Shown here: positions 22,651 to 34,083 of the stretch, in pieces
How positions within the stretch are numbered: the stretch's first letter is position 1
Layout of the letters: every line of letters starts with the position of its first letter
Source of the DNA: Macrostomum lignano
Lineage: Eukaryota
Assembly (NCBI GenBank): GCA_002269645.1
Contig: NIVC01000081.1
Location: forward strand, 1-39,197
Length of the DNA: 39,197 bases
Reading direction: 5' to 3'
Position numbers and translations under genes: made by a program
The notes under the pieces: model-generated
What the model was told of the DNA's origin: nothing
Database searches by the model: none
Seen by the model: only the letters and a program-made list of their open reading frames with translations

Positions 22651-23297
22651 CAGAGAATAAGGCCCGCATTAGTACAAAATCTAAGATTTGAACTAAAATG
22701 GATAGAAAGGCTTTGGCTTTGTATTTAATAAACGCCTCCTAGAGTTCTCAAAGTTGGAAACCTGCAAGATTTGTAGTAAACTGACACACACCTTTGCACT
22801 GTTACTCGTATTTTAAATCTCATGGCGAAGCCATTTAGTTCCAAGCAGCATTTCAACAAAGCAAAATTGTACATCTTATCCTAATTGTCAATGCAAGTAT
22901 TCCTCTTTTTCCATTCAAAATTGCATTAGCATATTTCTCTTGTATTTGAGTTGCTATAGACATTTATCAATGAAGTCTAATAATGTTTTTTTTATTATAT
23001 AACATTGTAAATTGTAATGAAAATTGGCAAGTTATTATTAGCCCCCGATGCTTCTCCATCTTCAAGCCAACACACTCTCAATGCTCAAGTCACTTCGCAA
23101 ACATCGCTGTCAAATATATAATTTGCTTTTGCAACAACGAAACATTTCTTTAAAAATGGACAAAAATTACTTTGTTTTGTAATAAATTTTACTTGTCGCT
23201 CACAGAACTACTTTTAAGTAAGCCAGTCCAGCATTAGTAGCGTTTTTTACGAGTATTAAAAAATAAATTATAAAAGCTTGTGTTGCATGTAATTTTG

Positions 23298-24447
23298 ACA
23301 GTCTCTGACTGTTTTTTACCCTGGTTGCCTCTCTGGTAGCTTGTCTTAGGGTTGTGCGCAATCCGATTGGCTATGCCAATTTCTAAGGGTCCGCCCCGGA
23401 GGGGCTGTGCCCATCTAAAAATAAACCCTATTTCTATTTCTATAATGTACATTCCAATTATTTGGCCCTCGGCCTTGGGTTAGGGGTGGTGTACCTGGAG
23501 TGAGTTGGAGATCTGGACTGCAGTGTGGCTAGAACGGGACTTGAGCCCCCCGGTCGCACCCGCCCTGCAGGAAAGACGACCATTCACTAAAGTGTACGGT
23601 AGAGCCCAGTTGATGCCAGCCCTGAGGCTGAGCCCCGGGTCAGGGTTCAGGTGCTCCTCCCCCAATTAAATTCCGGTGGTCACTTTCCAATCTTTGGAGT
23701 TATGAGCTCTGCCCTACCTGCCCGGTCCATCCTGCTCTGTCCTTGGTCCATCTGCTGGCTCCTCTGGTTGTCTCCCTGCTTTTGTGCCTTGGCTCTCATC
23801 TCTGACAGTGGATTGGAGTCCTGGGAAGGAAGTTCGTCCCGAATCGGGGAAAACCGGCTGAGTCCGGTTTCCTCTTGCTCCTTGTGCCCCCCCCCCCTTG
23901 GCCTGGCCTCCAATATTGAGCTGGATAGGCGATGCCCTTGGGTTGGTAGCAATAGAGGCGTAGCAATATCCGCCTAGAGTCTCCCCCTCGGATACAAGCC
24001 TTCCAGACTCACTCCAAAATAGAGCTGGGTAGTGAAAAGCCTTGAGGCTCGAGTTAACGCTCTTGGTAAATAGCTGCCCAGACTCTCTCCAATAGTTAGC
24101 CCTTTCCAAGACTTCTGGGTTTTCCCGCTCTTGGACGGCTTTTTCAGTAATTCCAATTCTGTTTTTCGCGCACTCCCAAGGACTTGTCTGCTGGGGGGTG
24201 GCCTGGGTGGACTCGGTCCTAGCACCGTCCCTGATTCCACTGTTGGTTTGGCGGTGTCTTGTACCGTAGGTTTGGGTCTAACTCGCCCCCCCCCGCGCTT
24301 TAAGCCGGGTCCAATCCAATTGCATCCATGGGGTATCTCGGGCCCTGGACAGTTAATGCCTTGGCCCCTGGAAGTGCCCCTCGCGGCAGAGCCCACCCCA
24401 GGGCTGATCCGCGGGTCCCCTAGGACCCTTTCGTTTAACAACAACAA
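23298..24447 (+). mobile_element. 1.15-kb GC-rich non-coding non-LTR retroposon, copy 1, with (AAC)n tail
   Basis: 12-bp TSD CATGTAATTTTG at 23286-23297 and 24448-24459. The 3' end is AACAACAAC. A paralogous copy at 34084-34920 shares the 3' end. Confidence 0.8.
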
Positions 24448-24695
24448 CATGTAATTTTGTTCGTTGTTTGCTAAAACTATGATTGGAACAAAATATTTAC
24501 CAGATGTACTCCTAAAAGTATCAATTTTGATTACAAACAACCAAGGGTTGATTGTGTCAGGTGACTCACTCAGTGGGGACTTCCGTTTAAATATTGATTC
24601 TTGCAAGTCAAAAATAAATGTCTGTATGGGTGTGTCAATTGTCATAAGCTTTAATAGCAGGCCAATAGCAGTTTCGAAAAATGCTCTTACACGTA

Positions 24696-25414
24696 TGTCA
24701 AGTATTCTCATCTAGCTGTCAAGCATTCTCATCTAGCTGTCATGTATTCTCATCTAGCTGTCATGTATTCTCATCTAGCTGTCAAGCATTCTCATCTAGC
24801 TGTCAAGTATTCTCATCTAGCTGTCAAGCATTCTCATCTAGCTGTCATGTATTCTCATCTAGCTGTCAAGCATTCATCTAGCTGTCAAGTATTCTCATCT
24901 AGCTGTCAAGTATTCTCATCTAGCTGTCAAGTATTCTCATCTAACTGTCATGTATTCTCATCTAGCTGTCAAGTATTCTCATCTAACTGTCATGTATTCT
25001 CATCTAGCTGTCAACTATCCTCACCTTGCTGTCAAATGTGTCCTCATCTAGCTTTCAGATGTCCTCATCTAGCTGTCAGATATTCTCATCTAGCTGTCAA
25101 ATATTCTCATCTAGCTGTCAAGTATTCTCATCTAGCTGTCAAGTATTCTCATCTAGCTGTCAAGCATTCTCATCTAGCTGTCAAGTATTCTCATCTAGCT
25201 GTCAAGTATTCTCATCTAACTGTCATGTATTCTCATCTAGCTGTCAACTATCCTCACCTTGCTGTCAGATATCCTCATCTAGCTTTCAGATGTCCTCATC
25301 TATACTAGCTGTCAAGCATTCATCTAGCTGTCAAGCATTCATCTAGCTGTCAACTATTCTCATCTAGCTGTCAAGCATTCATCTAGCTGTCAACTATTCT
25401 CATCTAGCTGTCAG
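24696..25414. repeat. 21-bp minisatellite (TATTCTCATCTAGCTGTCAAG), ~33 copies
   Basis: Direct tandem array. It accounts for the YSHLAVK and FSSSCQV ORFs. Confidence 0.97.
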
Positions 25415-25615
25415 ACTTGCCCTCAAAAGTCAAAACTCTTGCTATCGAACGCCTTACTGTTCAGCTGTTTAGCCTGGCAAGACACACGTGCAACAGTTAC
25501 GGCCTGAAGTTTAGAAGTTCTGTACTCATAGGGAAAAAAACAATAAATAGTTAACAGCAATGGCATCAGGATGCAGCCGATAAACAAAGCAGGTGTTTGG
25601 AATTTAGCAAAGCTG

Positions 25616-25975
25616 TTAAACAGTAGCTTGCCGCTTGAACTCCTTCAGCGCAACGTTTTCACTGTCGTGTTTTTGGTCATGCTCGTCCTCATTGGTTAAG
25701 TCTGTCAGCTTAAGGCCTGGCACCTGTTGCCGATTCGCAGCGAACCTGTGGCCAAACAGATTCCTTCCCAGCTGGGCTCTGGCCGATACCGGACAGCACT
25801 GTCTGTAGATGAGCAGAAACAGCAGCTGGCCACAACACATCAGTGCTAACAGGCAAGCGCCGCATAGCACTATCATGAGTAGTATGCTGTTCAAATCTAT
25901 ATAATCGTCTTCAACCTTCAAGTTGAGATTGTCTTCAGGCGGTGGCGCCCAGGTTGATAATAACAGCGGTGGCAT
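25616..25975 (-). CDS. Small single-pass membrane protein, 119 aa, no signal peptide
   Basis: ATG with an in-frame stop just upstream. Putative 5'UTR intron: donor GTGAGC at 26241, branch CTAAC and TAAG acceptor at ~26000. Hydrophobic ILLMIVLCGACLLALMCCGQLLFLLIY, then a Cys/basic juxtamembrane segment and an acidic tail. Confidence 0.55.
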   Translation of the reverse strand: MPPLLLSTWAPPPEDNLNLKVEDDYIDLNSILLMIVLCGACLLALMCCGQLLFLLIYRQCCPVSARAQLGRNLFGHRFAANRQQVPGLKLTDLTNEDEHDQKHDSENVALKEFKRQATV

Positions 25976-26738
25976 TAGTGTAACAGAATCCGTTTAACTC
26001 TTAGTGGTTAGTGACTTGAAAATGTTCCCCTCCACATTGGCTTTATATATTCTTGTTTACTATATACAGACCGACTTTCGCTTTTAGGAAAAGCGCTATA
26101 TAGCTTCGACCAATGGGTATACATGTAGTGCGCTGCGCAGCTAGATAGTGTACATGTATTCTGAGGGGATGGGGTGAAGACCCGTGCGCATGCACAAGCA
26201 GTATGAAATATCTATGTACAAAGATATCCACACTTGCTCACGTGAAACATGCAGCTGCGCACTGTTTGAATTTCATTTCCTGCAAATAGAATTTGAATCC
26301 ATTGCAATTTACTTGGATTTCCTATGGCATCAGATGTATGTAGTATGTCGACTTAGTGCCTAAAGAGACATCTGTTTGCACGTCATTGCTGCATCCATTT
26401 ACTATACTGCCTTACCTACAGTTCAGTACACTGTTTGGTTGGTTCCTTTTGCGACAGACAGCCGAAAAGTTCGCAATTGCTGTAGCTATTGCAGACTGGA
26501 AAATCTAAGGTCTACTAGTTCGATTTCTGTTTAGTTCAGGTGCAGAAAATTTAATCTACCTAGCGGATTATAGATCCAGTTTCCTACATTTCGATAATTA
26601 GTCACGAGTCAAGGAAAAGCACGGCGGAGTTCCTAGATACAGTACATAAAAAAATTTGCCGTCATTTCCATCGCGCAAATTTCCCACTAATCTGAGTACA
26701 GTTCTTGAAAAATTTCAGTTGCAAATTGTACAATAGTA

Positions 26739-27300
26739 TACCCTCTAGAGGAGATTCAGGATGGGGTAGGGGAGATTCTAGATGGGTAGGGGAGATTCTA
26801 GATGGGGCATGTCAGATTCTAAATGGGATAGGGAAGATTCTAAATGGAGTAGGGGAGATTCTGAATGGGGTAGAGGAGATTCTAGATGGGGTAAGGGAGA
26901 TTCTAAATGGGGTAACAGATTCTAGATGGGGTAAGGGAGATTCTAGATTGGGTAAGGGAGATTCTAAATGGGGTAAGGGAGATTCTAGATGGGGTAGAGG
27001 AGATTCTAGATGGGGTAAGGGAGATTCTGAATGGGGTAAGGGAGATTCTAGATGGGGTAGGGGAGATTCTAAATGGGGTAAGGGAGATTCTAGATGGGGT
27101 AGGGGAGATTCTAGATGGGTAGGGGAGATTCTGAATGGGATAGGGGAGATTCTGAATGGGATAGGGGAGATTCCAGATGGGATAGGAGAGACTAAATGTG
27201 ATAGGGGAGATTCTGAATGGGATAGTGGAGATTCCAGATGGGATAGGAGAGACTAAATGTGATAGGGGAGATTCTGAATGGGATAGTGGAGATTCCAGGG
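26739..27300. repeat. G-rich 21-bp minisatellite (GGGGTAGGGGAGATTCTAGAT), ~25 copies
   Basis: Direct tandem array with two G-runs per unit. Confidence 0.96.
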
Positions 27301-28177
27301 AAAGGGGTAAGAGTATGAAATGAGGAAATTACAAAAACAGGAACAGGGAGAATGCAAGTTATTTAGCCCGTCAGTCAAAAGCAAATTGCAAGCATCATCA
27401 AAAGTCATAACAGTGCAGATGAAACAACAACCAGCTTATTTTATTGACATCTCTTATGAACACGAACTCAATGAATAGTTATGTATTCAATGCAAACGTC
27501 AAAACACATTTCTTATTCCCAAAAGCAAAAAAGCCTGCAACGAAGATGGTTATAGTAGAAATAGCATTAATCTAAAATGTACACGCAAGCAGTCTGTAAT
27601 CAAACAAAGAATTATTGATTCATCAAGTAATTATTAAAAGATCTTAATCCATGCTGATTACATTCTGACATCATCGATATATATGAAGCGATTAGCAAAA
27701 GTTAATTAATCAACAGGAGAATTAAAATATGCACTGTGATTATCAGCTTAAAATAAAAAGCGAATTACATAAGTTGTTAAGCAACAAGTCTGGCACAAAG
27801 AGGCACTTCCTACTTACTAGAAACAAAAGTAGTATGAATGGAAAATATGAGTCTAGGTCATTAGCGTTTTATAGGTTGCATAGGAAGTAAGCGAGCTGAT
27901 GAACAGAAACATTCAAATTTTAAGTGCAAAACCTGTTTGAATCGGCTAAAAACAAAATTTTATGGGAAAATGAATAAAAACTACTAAAAATACTAATTAG
28001 TAGGCAGATAAGGGTAAAACATGCGAAATTATCAGAAAAGCAAATCAATAAAACATTTTTCACGGGCATGCAGACATTATATTTCTGATTTCCGATTACT
28101 GATCCATTTCTAATTTTAAATGGACAAAAAAATTAATGCCGCAATTTATAGTGATTGAAAATATCATTACTGGTTAA

Positions 28178-28492
28178 TAATAATAACATTAATAGTAATT
28201 GATTACACCTGTGCTAATGGCCAGATGTGCAACCGACAGCTCAGCCGCAGCTATTGCGCGGCGCATCTGAAGGCTGCGAACGGCTGTTCAGTCCAAGGAC
28301 TGGGGGGTCGCCACACACCCCCTCAATTACCCCAGCTAATGCTGGCACCCATTTTAGAGCTGGGTGGGTGGGAAATGCAGAGTTAAGTGTCTTGCGCAAG
28401 GACACAAATTGTTCCGGGTGGGGCCGAGAATCGAACCCCCGACCTTTCAGTCGTGAATCCGACGCTCTAACCACTATGTTACAACCCCACTG
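28178..28492 (-). mobile_element. Full-length tRNA-derived SINE, family 2 (MetaSINE-like core)
   Basis: Minus strand has A box TAACATAGTGG, B box GGTTCGATTC, core TGTGTCCTTGCGCAAGACACTTAACTCT...CACCCAGCTCTAAAATGGGTGCC and a (TTA)n-like tail. Perfect 11-bp TSD TTACTGGTTAA at 28167-28177 and 28493-28503. Confidence 0.9.
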
Positions 28493-28926
28493 TTACTGGT
28501 TAAACCCAGTGCTTGACTATGATAAATTATAATAAAAAATATTAATAAGCATTCATACAAAAATATATGTTTGCCGATATGTATCGAAATAACTTAAATT
28601 TCTATAACATACAGGCCAGCATGTCATGGTACCCATAGCTATCCAGCTCACTGTTACAGCCACAGAATCGGATGAATTACTCGTATAATATAAATTAAAC
28701 AAAACCAAAAGCACGAAAACATTTGTAAAACAAAGCATTAAACAAATAAAACTAAACAATCGCACAAGATGCTCAGACGCCAACCAGGTTTGATATTTGC
28801 AAAAAGATCTTAAGAAAAGAAAGAAATCAAAATAAAAAACACTCACGACCGCATTTTCGCATATGCTACTCATAGTAGAGATGATGGGTAATTTAATTTC
28901 ACTAAAACAGTCGGTCAGACACCGGC

Positions 28927-29396
28927 TCACTGCTTCTGCTCGGCGCCAGCTGCTGCATCGCCGGATGAGGCTGCACCGTCGCCGCCACTCGCTTCGTTTG
29001 GTGGACTTGGCGGGCGAGGCCGACCGGAGCCGAAGATGGAGGCGCTCCTAGTTGAAGCGGCCGCGTTAACCGGAGCGTCCACCGTCCGGGGCAGCAGGTT
29101 CAGCTTTGGCCGGCCGGGCGGCGGATTGTCCGACGGCAGGTCGTCCGAGGACGACAGACGCTGTCGTCTTTGATGGTCGCCACCAGCGCCGCCGCCGCCC
29201 CTGCCGCGGTAGCTGCCGCCGTAGCCTCCGCCACCGCCCCGGTCAGACTGCTGGTGCTGGAAGTCCCTACCGTCCCTATGGTAGTTTCCGCCCCCTCGTC
29301 CGCCCCCGCCTCCTCTTCCGCCGCCACCGCGGCCGTAGCTTTCGCCACCTCGAGCGCCGCCGCCTCCGCGACCGCCGCCTCCGCGACCGCCGCCTC
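28927..29396 (-). CDS. EIF4H: eIF4H exon 3: RGG-rich region and conserved C-terminus (total 255 aa)
   Basis: The phase-1 join gives GGGGRGGGGRGG... and then RPKLNLLPRTVDAPVN...SIFGSGRPR, matching eIF4H RPRLQLKPRTV...AIFGGARPR. TGA at 28927-28929. Confidence 0.92.
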
Positions 29397-29494
29397 CTTA
29401 ACGTGTTTGTGCGCAATTATAAACATTTTGTAACAGACAGTCGATGACCAGAAGCTCACTATTGAAAACGAATATCAGAATTTCGCTGACTCAC

Positions 29495-29564
29495 CTCGAA
29501 ATCCCTGGTTACGATTGCGATTACTTTGCGCCCGATCGATTTTCAATTCTCTATTGTCGTAAAT
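29495..29564 (-). CDS. EIF4H: eIF4H exon 2
   Basis: TTTTTAG acceptor; reads IYDNRELKIDRAQSNRNRNQGFR; donor G|GTGAGT (phase 1). Confidence 0.9.
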
Positions 29565-29653
29565 CTAAAAATTAGATATTTTTAAGATATAAAAATGCTT
29601 TTTTGCTACTGTTAGTAGAATAAATAAAAAACTGCGAAGAAAAATGCACCTAC

Positions 29654-29881
29654 AGCTTTATTCAGATTCAGTGCAGTCTGCATCGATTCGTGGTCCTCAA
29701 ATTCAACAAAAGCGTGCCCTTTAAAGACGTCAGTCTCGCGATCTCGGGCCATTCGAATGCTTTTAATGCGACAGTTGCCGAAAATGTGTTCAACATCGCC
29801 TTGAATTGAATCTCTAGGCAGGTTGCCAATGTAAACAGTCAACGATTCGGGCTCATCGTAGCCGAACTCTTCTCTGCTCAT
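29654..29881 (-). CDS. EIF4H: Eukaryotic translation initiation factor 4H, first identified coding exon (RRM)
   Basis: TVYIGNLPRDSIQGDVEHIF...IRMARDRETDVFKGHAFVEFED matches the eIF4H RRM. Donor GCT|GTAGGT, phase 0. A CCAG just upstream of the ATG leaves an extra 5' exon possible. Confidence 0.92.
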
Positions 29882-32075
29882 ACTGGTTCAGGAGTATAAT
29901 AAAAGCAGGGTTTCCATTTTTTATCAAGTCAAAAGCATTAAACTAGTCTTGTTCCACCTAATAGAACCCTTTCAAACCCAGTGTTCTGTAATGCCTAAAC
30001 TATAATCAGCTGCTTTGCTCAGTAAGTTTGTAAGGTCAAAGCAAAAATCATAGATTTTCTTTTTCGACTTGCCAAGACTACTGCACTTTAAAAGCATATA
30101 TGAATTGCTAAATACTGAAAAAACACTTACATTAAATTTGTATCACAAAATCAAAGTGTTCTGAATTCAAAAAATAACCTCAGATGCAGCTGGCTGCCAA
30201 TCTGAGGACCTGCAGATCATGCATTGTATTGAATGAATATAGAATATATAAAATTAAGCATGACTTGTTAATGGTTTTACAAGGTAAGTCAGTTAAGCAG
30301 CCAATTGTAGTAATTTAATAGGCTATTATAGCTAGGGTAAAAAATACTGTCTAGAGTATATACTTTAGCTCAGAGCAGCTTATGTACTATAATCATAACA
30401 ATAAAATATTAGGGCCAAACAATGACCATGAGGGCATTGCTATTACATTTCACAAATTATCAAAATTGATTCTGTATAAGATGCCAAAAAAGGTTTTTTT
30501 GTTTGAATGTGCAAATACATTGGGGAATTATTTTTTGTTATAAATGCATAAAGGGGGAATGACTAGGCCTAGTATAGGTGCAATTTTCATCCCAAAAAAA
30601 CTCAAACTCAAATAGTCATAAGTCCTACACTCACTTGGTTCTGAATAAAAAACTTGATTTTGAAATAAGTTACTTATTTAATAGAATTCCAATAATAGTT
30701 TGAAGAGATTTGCTAAGAATGAGAGCTAGAAATTCTATATAAATAAATTCTAAGAATAACACTATTATCATCTCTTTCTTAGCAATGCCTAAGACTAGAG
30801 TAGATAATATATACAATGTATATACTAGTAGCACTGCTATAATCAATGCTTTATTATGATTTTAACATTGACCTTACTTATCTTCAAAGATTTAACAAAA
30901 TTATAAGAAATGCTAACAGAACTGATACTAGACATATATTAATTAATAAAAACTAAAGAATTAACTAAGCCTATAATTTTACAAATATTTTCTTAGAATT
31001 TTAAAGATAATTAAGATTTTAAGAGAGAAGTAAATATCTTATAACCACAACCTTTTGATACAAATATAATATCAGACTATAGTTATTTTGCTACTATTAT
31101 ATTAGTATTTAGCATCACGACTCTAAATAGACTCCTAGTAGATATTAGGTTTAAGTAAACTATCTATCATGGTAATATATAATAAATTTACTTGATCAAA
31201 ATTGGCAAAAACATGTTTATTATTAGTTTTGTAACTTTATGAATAATTATTACAAACATATAGTTTATGTTCAAGTTTAAGTAATTAGACCTAGTCAAAC
31301 CAACATAAGCCTAGCTAGGCCCAATATAATAAGGGTTAAAAATATAAAAAGCATTAGAAAAATTAAAGCATTATAGTTTATAGTTATATAAATTCATAGT
31401 ATTTATACTATGAATAATTTTTTTTCAAATTTGCAAAACAATAATGGCAGTTTTCATTTGCATGGTATTGTGTAAATATTGTTAATAGTATTTATATGGT
31501 AACTGAAATAAAAACCTTATAAATAATTAATTATCATACTAGCAACTAGGCCTAGCAACTTAATATTTTTCCCTGAATATTTTATTTTCATAATAGGTTT
31601 AAACTACTAATTAAAGCTGGTAAATGGAGTTTTAGGTATGATTTGTATGTTTATAGCTTAACATTTTTAGCTTGTTCTATTAATAATGCAAAATACAAAA
31701 GGTGTTTCAAAAGGATGGATTTGTAGTCAAATGTAACTTGACCATAGCTATAAATACTACACAGCATATAAAACTTGTATTTTTAGTTACTGTGTAAATA
31801 ATGACAGTACTATTTATATGGTACTAGGCCTATGCAAAAAACAAGTGCCAAGCTAACAATACTAAATAAAGTACATTTGAAGTAAATGCCAATGAGGTCT
31901 ATCACCTATGTCATATTGGTCAATGTGGATGGCATTCTATCAACATGGCTTGTTGGTTATTAACAAAGAATTCAAATAGCCATTAGGCTTAGCCTAGGCT
32001 AGGCCCTACTTAGTATGCTTGAATTTCAACATATTGAAAAATAAAAAATCTCAAACAAATTGGGTATGAAGTATG

Positions 32076-32865
32076 AACTAAATTGCAGAAATGGATGCGG
32101 ATATAGAATGGATTTATATACTAAAATGCGGATTACTATTTTGTAGAATCAATATGGATATAAATAGCAAATGCAGAAAATCTCCAGATTTAGTTCTATT
32201 ATAACATGGATTTATATTTTGCTTTATTTCTGTTTCTGTTTAGGCCCTATTTTCAGATAAATTGTTTGCATTTAAATTTATTGTGAAATAATGATGGAAA
32301 ATCATTTTCTCTATTTTCAAAAGTAAAGCTGCTCTAAGATATGCTACTGATAGTAGAAAATAAGAAATTTGATTAGGTTTTAAGTTATTTTTGTTGCTAG
32401 ATATAATAGAAAAATGTATGTACATAACATGTGTACTTCCAGAGACCACAAGTGTATAAAGTTTAAGTTTGGATTCTAAATAGGGGGCCTAGTTCAACTA
32501 GATAGTTCAAGTCTAGATTGACTAGTTTCTTGTTTTCATACCTGTGCCAATTCCATAAAGTACATGTTACTCTCTGGATGATTTCCTCATCTTGATTTGT
32601 TTTTTAAAAATGGAGACAACAATTTTCTATCATTATTCACAATAAATTTGAAAAAGAAAAATTTATCTAAAAATTAAATAGAACTAGATATAAAGCAGAA
32701 TATAAATCAATGTTTTGAGAGAACTAAATCTGAAGATTTTCTGCATCTGCTATTTATATCCACATTGATTCTGCAAAATAGTAACTCGCATCTGTATCCG
32801 CATTTTAGTAGGGGCCTATGCAAACCCATCCATTCCATATCTGCATCCATTTCCGCAGTTTAGTT
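32076..32865. mobile_element. Foldback/MITE-like element with ~120-145-bp inverted arms
   Basis: 32076-32197 aligns to the reverse complement of 32720-32865 (AACTAAATTGCAGAAATGGATGCGGAT...GCAGAAAATCTCCAGATTTAGTTCT) with small indels. Confidence 0.8.
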
Positions 32866-34083
32866 GGTACCAACAAATTGAGCAATCATTAAAATCAAAT
32901 TGCATAAACTTAAAAGGTAACATCCAGGCTGAACTATTAGGCTTCTAGGCCTACAGGACTTTTGCCAGTCTGATCCACCTAAGGGCAGATCCACCTGACG
33001 CTCATTTAATAACTTAACTAGGCTAGGCTAGGGCTAGCCCGGCTAGGCTACTTTTGATTTCGAAATTAATCCAAATTGTAAGAAAATTTTTGGAGAAAGA
33101 AATATTGGCCTTAGATGTCTGTGATAGGGTCCTCGCGGATAATCGCAGCGTCTGCGCCCCTCGCCAGAAGTAAGTAATAATAGGTGTCCAGAGTCCAGTC
33201 CAGTTGTCAAGTGTCCGTCGGTAGGAGTTACAGTCATTTCGGCGAAAAGTCATTTCTGCGAAATGACCGGTCGGAAAGTAAACGATATGCATAACTACTT
33301 TTTAATCTTGTCTTTTAATCGTTAAAAAGAACTTTAGTTTTAAGCTTAATTAGATTTTTTCTAAACCATACCTCTTATATACTAAAATTATTATTTACTT
33401 TGTTAAACTATTGAAAATAAATTTTCAAATTATGTTTTTATTTGAGCATTCTATATTTAATACAAATTTGATATTATCTGATTAATACCTATATACTTTT
33501 TTGTCACCTACGGGTGAAACTGATTTGCTCAAAATCACAAACTACATACATCAATTTCACACAATGCTTGTCTTTTTTAATTCCTTACTTTTTCTTCGTT
33601 TGTCGTTAAAGCTCGTTCAAAGTTTCGTAAATAACATTTAGGCGCTCTTTCAAATACTATAGTATTACAAATCTCGTACGATCGTACTTATGCATAAATA
33701 TTGCCTTCTACTCTTGAATTATTTTTAAATACACTGAAATATATTGGCCAAACAGGCTTCTTGCCTGAGCCAAATACTTACTTACTACTTACTACTACTA
33801 CTACATACTTAAGCTATTCAGCTTGTGCACGCGCGTGCCCGACCCAACGTCGGCCTCAGACTTCAGAGAGATACTACAAAATAGTTAAGTCCGTGGTCTA
33901 AGTGTAGAATACAAATTTTCATCTCTAAAATTGCTGAAGATATTTCTATTGCACAGTTAAGAGCTGTGATGAGAAACCGGGGACAAACGGCACTAATTAC
34001 CTTTCCCTGCAACAAATCATGTACATGTATATAGTTATAGTTAGTTCTCTATCAGTTTTCCATGCATAGTGTACATGTATACT

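Noticed and set aside
23476-23487. GGGTTAGGG (antisense CCCUAACCC), a possible telomerase-template or telomeric seed
   Set aside because: Only 1.5 repeats, inside a TSD-flanked retroposon, with no pseudoknot or other telomerase RNA features recognised.
24340-24420. HDV-like ribozyme fold (GCC-CCTCGC-GGC resembling P3/L3) near the retroposon 3' end
   Set aside because: No P1.1 GG, an imperfect P2, and the L3-like sequence is not conserved in copy 2. HDV-like ribozymes of retroelements are normally at the 5' end.
23974-24711. 245-aa minus-strand ORF across the retroposon
   Set aside because: It crosses the element boundary into flanking DNA, has no domain, and is disrupted in copy 2.
19301-25414. 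CRISPR-like regular repeats (19301-19620, 22434-22650, 24696-25414)
   Set aside because: Head-to-tail units with no unique spacers, no cas genes, and a eukaryotic context.
26705-27256. 183-aa GDSRWG-repeat ORF
   Set aside because: A 21-bp period keeps the frame open by construction, and indels shift between frames.
28410-28490. tRNA gene
   Set aside because: The anticodon arm and acceptor stem are irregular, and the sequence continues into a SINE core with tail and TSD. It is a SINE head.
29100-29459. Ala-rich ORFs overlapping eIF4H exon 3 on both strands
   Set aside because: Alternative-frame shadows of the GC-rich RGG exon.
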